DNA of 64,000 nucleotides from an uncultured Coriobacteriaceae bacterium (GTDB taxonomy: Bacteria; Actinomycetota; Coriobacteriia; Coriobacteriales; Atopobiaceae), in NCBI GenBank assembly GCA_902766835.1, contig CACXFC010000242.1, positions 7,132-71,131 of the forward strand. The letters run 5' to 3'. Positions 58,646-64,000 of the stretch are shown here, in pieces. The notes beneath the pieces are model-generated. The model was not told the DNA's origin. It saw only the letters and a list, made by a program, of their open reading frames with translations, and made no database searches. Positions within the stretch are counted from its first letter, which is position 1. Every line of letters starts with the position of its first letter. The position numbers and the translations under genes are program-made.

Positions 58646-61426
58646 ATGAAGATCACAAGGATGCGCATCAATCACTTGCAAGACCCGCTCGGCTTTCGCC
58701 TTTCCAACACCATGTTCTCTTGGGTGGTGGAGGAATCGGCTGGCAAGGTGGCAACGCAGTCGCGCATCGTTGTGACAAGCCAGGGTGCAACCGTCATCGA
58801 CACCGGCTGGGAGCAGCTCGACTCGCTCGCGGCCAATGTGGGCGTACCCCTGCGTCCGCGCACGTGCTACGAGTGGACGGTTGCCGTGCGCACCGACGCA
58901 GGCGAGGAAGCCATCTCTCCTGTTGCCTCCTTCGAGACGGGCAAGATGGATGAGCCCTGGCAGGCCCAGTGGCTGGTGTGCGACGGTGCAGAGTCGCCTC
59001 GCCACCCCATCTTCCAGACGGAGCTTGCCCTTGCGGGCGAGGTTGCCTCCGCTCGCCTGTACACCTGCGGCCTTGGCTTCTACGATGCGAGCATCAACGG
59101 CGAGCGTGTGGGTGACGAGTACCTGGCACCTGGTACCAACGCCTACGACCGCTGGCTGCAGGTGCAGACCTACGACGTCACCGAGCAGCTCCGCGCGGCA
59201 GGCGAGACGGCTGCCCTTGCCTTCCGCATGGGCAACGGCTGGTGGAAGGGCCGCTTTGGTTTCATCCCCGAGGACCGTGGCTTCTACGGCAACGACTGGC
59301 GTCTGATTGCCGAGCTGCATGTGACCTACGCCGACGGCACCAAGCAGGTGTTTGCCACCGGCGAGGGCTGGCAGATGACCCGCTCCACCACCTACGCCTC
59401 CAACATCTACGATGGCGAGTACGTTGACGACACCCTGCCAAAGACGGAGCCCGTGCCGGCCGAGCTGCTGGGTGCCGAAGAGGCCGCCGCCGCAACGGCC
59501 AAGCTCACCGACCGCCTCTCCCTGCCCGTGCGCGCACATGAGACCTTTGCGCCCACGGCGGTTGAGGTACCCTCGGGCGACCTCGTCCTCGACATGGGCC
59601 AGGAGTATGCCGGCACCTTCCGCCTGCGCGTGCACGAGCCGGCAGGCACCAAGATCCACGTGCAGCTGGGCGAGCTTTTGCAGGGTGGCGAGTTCTATCG
59701 CGACAACCTGCGCTCGGCCAAGCAGGAGTACGTGTATGTGAGCGATGGCGCAGAGCATGTGCTGGAGCCGCGCTTCACCTACTACGGCTACCGCTTCGTG
59801 CGCATCAGTGGCCTCACTTCCTTCGACCCCGCGGACTTCACGGGCGTGGCGCTCTACTCCAGCTTTGAGGAGGCGGGCACCCTCACCACGGGTCACGCCC
59901 TGGTCAACAAGCTCATCTCAAACTCGCGCTGGGGCATGAAGAGCAACTTCGTAGACACACCCACCGACTGCCCGCAGCGTGACGAGCGCATGGGCTGGAC
60001 GGGCGACGCGCAGGTGTTTGCTCCCACGGCCCTCTATCTGGCCGACCAGCTGCCCTTCTATCGCAAGTTTGCCTACGACATGGCGCAGGAGGCTGCCAAG
60101 CACGATGGCGGTGCGCCGCTGGTGGCCCCTTCGTTCATGCTCGACGGCCCGGGTTGCGCCGTGTGGGGCGATGCGACCTGCTTCATCCCCTGGCAGAACT
60201 ACGTCTTCTCGGGTGACCCCTCGGTGCTTGCGGAGCACTACGACACCATGAAGGCATGGGTCGACTACATCGAGCGCACCGACGAGGGCGACAAGCACCT
60301 TTGGGGCGGCCTGCATCAGCTGGGCGACTGGCTGGCCCTCGACGCACCCAAGAACGATCGCACCGGCGCCACCGATCCCGATTTCATCTCGTACCTGTAC
60401 TGGTGGCGCAGCACGCGCGAGGTGGTGGAGGCTGCCCGCGTCCTGGGCTTTGAGGACGACGTGCGCACCTACGAGGCAATGGCCCAGCGTATCTCCGACT
60501 ACATCTACGCCGAGTACTTCTCTCCCAACGGGCGCTGCGCCGTCACCACGCAGACCGCCTATGCGCTGTGCATCGCCTTCGGCTTTGGCTCCCCGGAGTT
60601 CAGCGCCTTCGCACTCGATCGCGCGCTTACCCGCAACGAGGGCAAGCTGCTCACGGGCTTTGTGGGGACCAACTTCCTCACCCGCGCCCTCTGTATGGCG
60701 AACATGCCCTCCAAGGCCTACGACCTGCTGCTCAACGAGGAGTACCCCGGGTGGCTGCGCGAGGTCAAGCTGGGTGCAACCACCATCTGGGAGCGCTGGA
60801 ACTCGCTGGATGACAACGGCGTCATCACCGGCATTGGCATGAACTCCATGAACCACTACTCCTATGGGTCGATTACCGAGTGGCTCTTTGGGTATGCGGC
60901 GGGCCTGCGTCCCGTGGAGAGCGTGCCGGGATTCCGCCGTGCGATTGTGGCGCCGCTTCCCACCTGGCGTCTTGGCCACCTGGAGTGTGAGCGTACCAGC
61001 TCGGCAGGCACCTGGCGCGTGGCTTGGAGCTGCGTTGACGAGCGTCACCTGCGCTTCGAGCTGACCGTGCCCTTTGGCTGCGTGGCCGAGGTCGAGCTGC
61101 CCCTGGCACCCCAGAGTGCCTACGACGAGCTGGGCGGACGTGAGCTGGGAGCCGGCACCTACGCGATTGAGTACGAGACCACCGCGCCGCTGCGTCGCGT
61201 TCCCTCGGTCGACTGGCCCATTGGCGACCTGCTTGCCGCGCCTGACACCGACGCCATCGTGCGCGCCCACTGCAAGCCCGACTGGGTTGCCCCGGACGAG
61301 CTGGGTATGCCCATGCGCGACCTTGCCTACAAGCTGGCTCGCGGATCGCGCCAGATGAGCGACGAGGCGCTTGCCGCCTGCGACCAAGAGCTCCGTGCGC
61401 TGGCAGAGAAGGGGCCCGAGGCCTAG
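58646..61426 (+). CDS. GH78 alpha-L-rhamnosidase
   Basis: ATG at 58646 follows GCGGAGG. RINHLQDPLGF..FSW at the N-terminus, DTPTDCPQRDERMGWTGDAQVF, TIWERW. 926 aa, no signal peptide. Confidence 0.85.
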   Translation: MKITRMRINHLQDPLGFRLSNTMFSWVVEESAGKVATQSRIVVTSQGATVIDTGWEQLDSLAANVGVPLRPRTCYEWTVAVRTDAGEEAISPVASFETGKMDEPWQAQWLVCDGAESPRHPIFQTELALAGEVASARLYTCGLGFYDASINGERVGDEYLAPGTNAYDRWLQVQTYDVTEQLRAAGETAALAFRMGNGWWKGRFGFIPEDRGFYGNDWRLIAELHVTYADGTKQVFATGEGWQMTRSTTYASNIYDGEYVDDTLPKTEPVPAELLGAEEAAAATAKLTDRLSLPVRAHETFAPTAVEVPSGDLVLDMGQEYAGTFRLRVHEPAGTKIHVQLGELLQGGEFYRDNLRSAKQEYVYVSDGAEHVLEPRFTYYGYRFVRISGLTSFDPADFTGVALYSSFEEAGTLTTGHALVNKLISNSRWGMKSNFVDTPTDCPQRDERMGWTGDAQVFAPTALYLADQLPFYRKFAYDMAQEAAKHDGGAPLVAPSFMLDGPGCAVWGDATCFIPWQNYVFSGDPSVLAEHYDTMKAWVDYIERTDEGDKHLWGGLHQLGDWLALDAPKNDRTGATDPDFISYLYWWRSTREVVEAARVLGFEDDVRTYEAMAQRISDYIYAEYFSPNGRCAVTTQTAYALCIAFGFGSPEFSAFALDRALTRNEGKLLTGFVGTNFLTRALCMANMPSKAYDLLLNEEYPGWLREVKLGATTIWERWNSLDDNGVITGIGMNSMNHYSYGSITEWLFGYAAGLRPVESVPGFRRAIVAPLPTWRLGHLECERTSSAGTWRVAWSCVDERHLRFELTVPFGCVAEVELPLAPQSAYDELGGRELGAGTYAIEYETTAPLRRVPSVDWPIGDLLAAPDTDAIVRAHCKPDWVAPDELGMPMRDLAYKLARGSRQMSDEALAACDQELRALAEKGPEA

Positions 61427-61549
61427 GCCTTCAGGCGCGTCGCGCCGCGCACCACAACAAACCGATTCACCCATGCAAGGCACTGCTCGCGCAGTGAGGA
61501 GACACTGCGCGCGAGAAACCGGAAAAACCGGATGGAAAGGAAGGGAATC

Positions 61550-62935
61550 ATGGCACAAGATTGGAACAAGCTCGCTACTGACATCATCGAGCTGGTGGGC
61601 GGGGAGGACAACATCACCTCCATCACGCACTGCGTCACGCGCCTGCGCTTCATGCTCAAGGACGAGAGCAAGGCCGACGACCAGAAGATCGGCCAGCTGA
61701 ACGGGGTCATTCAGGTGATGCATGCCTCCGGCCAGTACCAGGTGGTCATTGGCAACAAGGTCGGCGAGGCCTATGACGCCGTGGTAGCGCAGCTACCCGG
61801 TCTGGCTGCCGGCGAGGTGGCAGCCGATGCGGCCGAGGAGAAGAAGAAGGGATTCAGCCTCAACGCGCTCTTCGACATCGTCTCGGGCATCTTCGTTCCC
61901 TTCATCGGCATCTTCACTGCCTCGGGTCTTGCGCGCGCCCTTGTGACCATGGCCGTCACCCTGGGCTGGCTCGACCAGGCAAGCTCCACCTACGTGGTGC
62001 TCAACGCCATCGGCGACGGCGTCTTCCAGTTCCTGCCCATCTTCATTGCCCGCACTGCTGCCAAGAAGTTCAACTGCAACGAGTGGATTGCCATGGGCGT
62101 GGCTGCCTTCTTGGTCACCCCGTCGATGGTGGGCCTGAAGGACGCCTTTGCCGAGGCAGGCGGCCCGACCCTCTTCGGCCTGCCCGTCATTCTGCCCGAC
62201 TCCGGCTACCTGCAGGCGGTGTTCCCCATCATCTTTGCCGTCTACCTGCAATCTTGGCTCGAGAAACCCATGAAGCTGCTGCCGGGCGTGCTGCGTGACC
62301 TTCTGGGCAACATGCTGGTCTTGGTGTGCACCTCCCTCATTACCCTCATGGTTGTGGGTCCCGTGATCAACACCGTCTCTGGCTGGATTGCCGCTGGCCT
62401 CATGGCCATCCTGGACGTCGCTCCCGTGGTTGCCGGCTTCCTCATCGCCGCCCTTTGGCCCGTCCTCATCATCTTCGGCATGCATTGGGGCATCATCCCC
62501 ATCATGATCTCCAACCTCATGACGCTGGGCTATGACGTCATCGGCCCCATCACCAATGGCACCAACTACGTCATCGGCGCCGTCGTGCTGGCCATCCTGC
62601 TTAAGACCAAGAAGCAGGGCGTGCGTTCCACCGCAACCGAGTGCCTTGCCTCTGCCTGGCTGGGTGCCATCACCGAGCCTGCCATCTACGGCCTGCTTCT
62701 GAAGTTCAAGCGTCCGTTCCTTACCATGGCCCTCTCCTGCGGCATCTCGGGCGCCATCACCGCAGCCGTCGGCGTGCATCAGGTGGGCATCCTGACCACC
62801 TCGATCCTCACGCTGCCCGTGCTGGCTGCCACCAACGGCGTGCCCCACGTGGTTGGCATCATCGTGGCCGCAATCGTTGGCTTCGTGAGCACCTACCTCG
62901 TTGGCTTCAACGACAGCATGGTGGTAGACGAGTAG
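61550..62935 (+). CDS. PTS EIIBC, glucose/beta-glucoside family
   Basis: ATG at 61550. NITSITHCVTRLRF (EIIB Cys) followed by a polytopic EIIC. No EIIA domain. Confidence 0.85.
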   Translation: MAQDWNKLATDIIELVGGEDNITSITHCVTRLRFMLKDESKADDQKIGQLNGVIQVMHASGQYQVVIGNKVGEAYDAVVAQLPGLAAGEVAADAAEEKKKGFSLNALFDIVSGIFVPFIGIFTASGLARALVTMAVTLGWLDQASSTYVVLNAIGDGVFQFLPIFIARTAAKKFNCNEWIAMGVAAFLVTPSMVGLKDAFAEAGGPTLFGLPVILPDSGYLQAVFPIIFAVYLQSWLEKPMKLLPGVLRDLLGNMLVLVCTSLITLMVVGPVINTVSGWIAAGLMAILDVAPVVAGFLIAALWPVLIIFGMHWGIIPIMISNLMTLGYDVIGPITNGTNYVIGAVVLAILLKTKKQGVRSTATECLASAWLGAITEPAIYGLLLKFKRPFLTMALSCGISGAITAAVGVHQVGILTTSILTLPVLAATNGVPHVVGIIVAAIVGFVSTYLVGFNDSMVVDE

Positions 62936-63067
62936 CCCTCCCTTCCTCGGCCGGGACGTCTGCGGGCGTCCCGGCCCTTGGGCTAGGCGCAACCTTTCGC
63001 ACGACCTGTGGCGAACAACGAATCTGACCGGGCATCTGGTGACGGACTGTGGCAAAAGGAGAAGAAG

Positions 63068-63961
63068 ATGGGCAAGAAGTTTCTGTGCATGGACGTGGGT
63101 GGCACCAATACGCGCGTTGGGGTGGTGAGCGACGAGCTTGAGGTCTTGGGCTCTGCGATCGAGCGTACGCCCGAGCTGGCAGCCAAGGGCATTGGCGTGG
63201 GCCTGTGCGACCTGGTACTGCGCTGGGTTGCCTTGGCCGAGGCCGAGGGCAACGCAATCGATGGCGTGATTGTTGGTGTGCCGGCAACTGTGGATGCGTC
63301 CTGTCGTGTGGTGTTGCAGGCTCCCAATGTGGATGGTCTCACCGGCCTTCCCCTGGCCGACCTGATTGAGCAGGCTACCGGTATTCCCACCACGGTGGAG
63401 AAGGACGTCAACCTCCTGATTCTCTCCGACATGCATGCGCTGGGTATCGATGCGTCTGCCACGGTGTGCGGTGTCTACTTTGGCACCGGCATCGGCAACG
63501 CGCTCTACCTGGGCGGCCGCGTGTGGCATGGAGCCCATGGCTCTGCAGGCGAGCTGGGCCACGTGCCCGCCCTTGGCCGCACCGAGACCTGCGGATGTGG
63601 CAACCCGGGCTGCCTCGAGTGCTTTGGCGGCGGGCATCACCTGGCGAGCGTGGTGAAAAACAACTATCCCGATACCCCCATCGGCCGCGCGTTTGCCGAG
63701 CTGTCTGATGCTCCCGAGGTCATCGAGGTGCTGGAGGCCATGGCCATCGCCGTGGCGGCAGAGGCCAACATCATCGACCCCGACGAGGTCATCATCGGCG
63801 GTGGTCTACCGTTGATGGAGGGCTTCGACCGCGAGGCGTTTGGCCGTCGGGTGTACACGCATCTGCGCAAGCCCTATCCGGCCGAGACGCTCGAGCTGCG
63901 TTACTCAAAGCAGGGCCAGCTCAGCGGGCTTATCGGCGGTGCCATCCGTCTGAGGGGTTAG
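63068..63961 (+). CDS. ROK-family protein
   Basis: ATG at 63068 follows AAAGGAG. LCMDVGGTNTRVG, GELGHVP, CGCGNPGCLEC zinc motif. Confidence 0.8.
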   Translation: MGKKFLCMDVGGTNTRVGVVSDELEVLGSAIERTPELAAKGIGVGLCDLVLRWVALAEAEGNAIDGVIVGVPATVDASCRVVLQAPNVDGLTGLPLADLIEQATGIPTTVEKDVNLLILSDMHALGIDASATVCGVYFGTGIGNALYLGGRVWHGAHGSAGELGHVPALGRTETCGCGNPGCLECFGGGHHLASVVKNNYPDTPIGRAFAELSDAPEVIEVLEAMAIAVAAEANIIDPDEVIIGGGLPLMEGFDREAFGRRVYTHLRKPYPAETLELRYSKQGQLSGLIGGAIRLRG

Positions 63962-64000
63962 CGCTCGCGCAGGCTCCGGTAGGCACGTGGCGTGGTGCTG
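63958..64000 (-). CDS. C-terminal end of an AraC-type regulator (partial)
   Basis: The reverse strand reads ..STTPRAYRSLRER-TAA, an ending typical of AraC/XylS HTH proteins. Only 14 codons are visible. Confidence 0.3.
   Translation of the reverse strand, partial: STTPRAYRSLRER

Overview
This is a high-GC bacterial chromosome segment. Its gene content suggests a gut anaerobe of the Coriobacteriia type: PTS and phospho-glycosidase operons, RpiR/LacI/ROK regulators, DUF1846, a CD1871A-like CXXC protein and a BspA-type LRR protein. That taxonomic guess is inference only. There are about 55 host genes, mostly for glycoside uptake and catabolism (GH2, three GH1, GH4, GH78, two PTS permeases, rpiB, a pentose-phosphate epimerase, deoC). 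The rest include yfbR, ettA, a stand-alone trpB2 behind a Trp T-box leader, and a hipBA pair. The outstanding feature is a ~7.2 kb visibly low-GC integrative element at 3156-10350. It is bounded by a perfect 20-bp direct repeat that equals the first 20 nt of the ettA ORF, so ettA is cut off from its native promoter and SD. The element carries a tyrosine integrase, unknown ORFs, a highly structured RNA leader in front of a 29-aa hydrophobic peptide with a sequestered SD, two small membrane proteins, a serine recombinase with iterated upstream motifs, and an RHH protein. It also has a helicase followed by a hairpin and AT-rich ori-like region. Its right half has three in-frame TGA codons with no frameshifts. 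The whole element is strongly enriched in GATC and CTAG. The host DNA carries several families of intergenic palindromic (REP/MITE-like) elements, including perfect 64-bp palindromes, one nested copy, and a TIR family with 52-bp tandem repeats. All functional calls come from reading the translations and motifs by eye. No database search was run.
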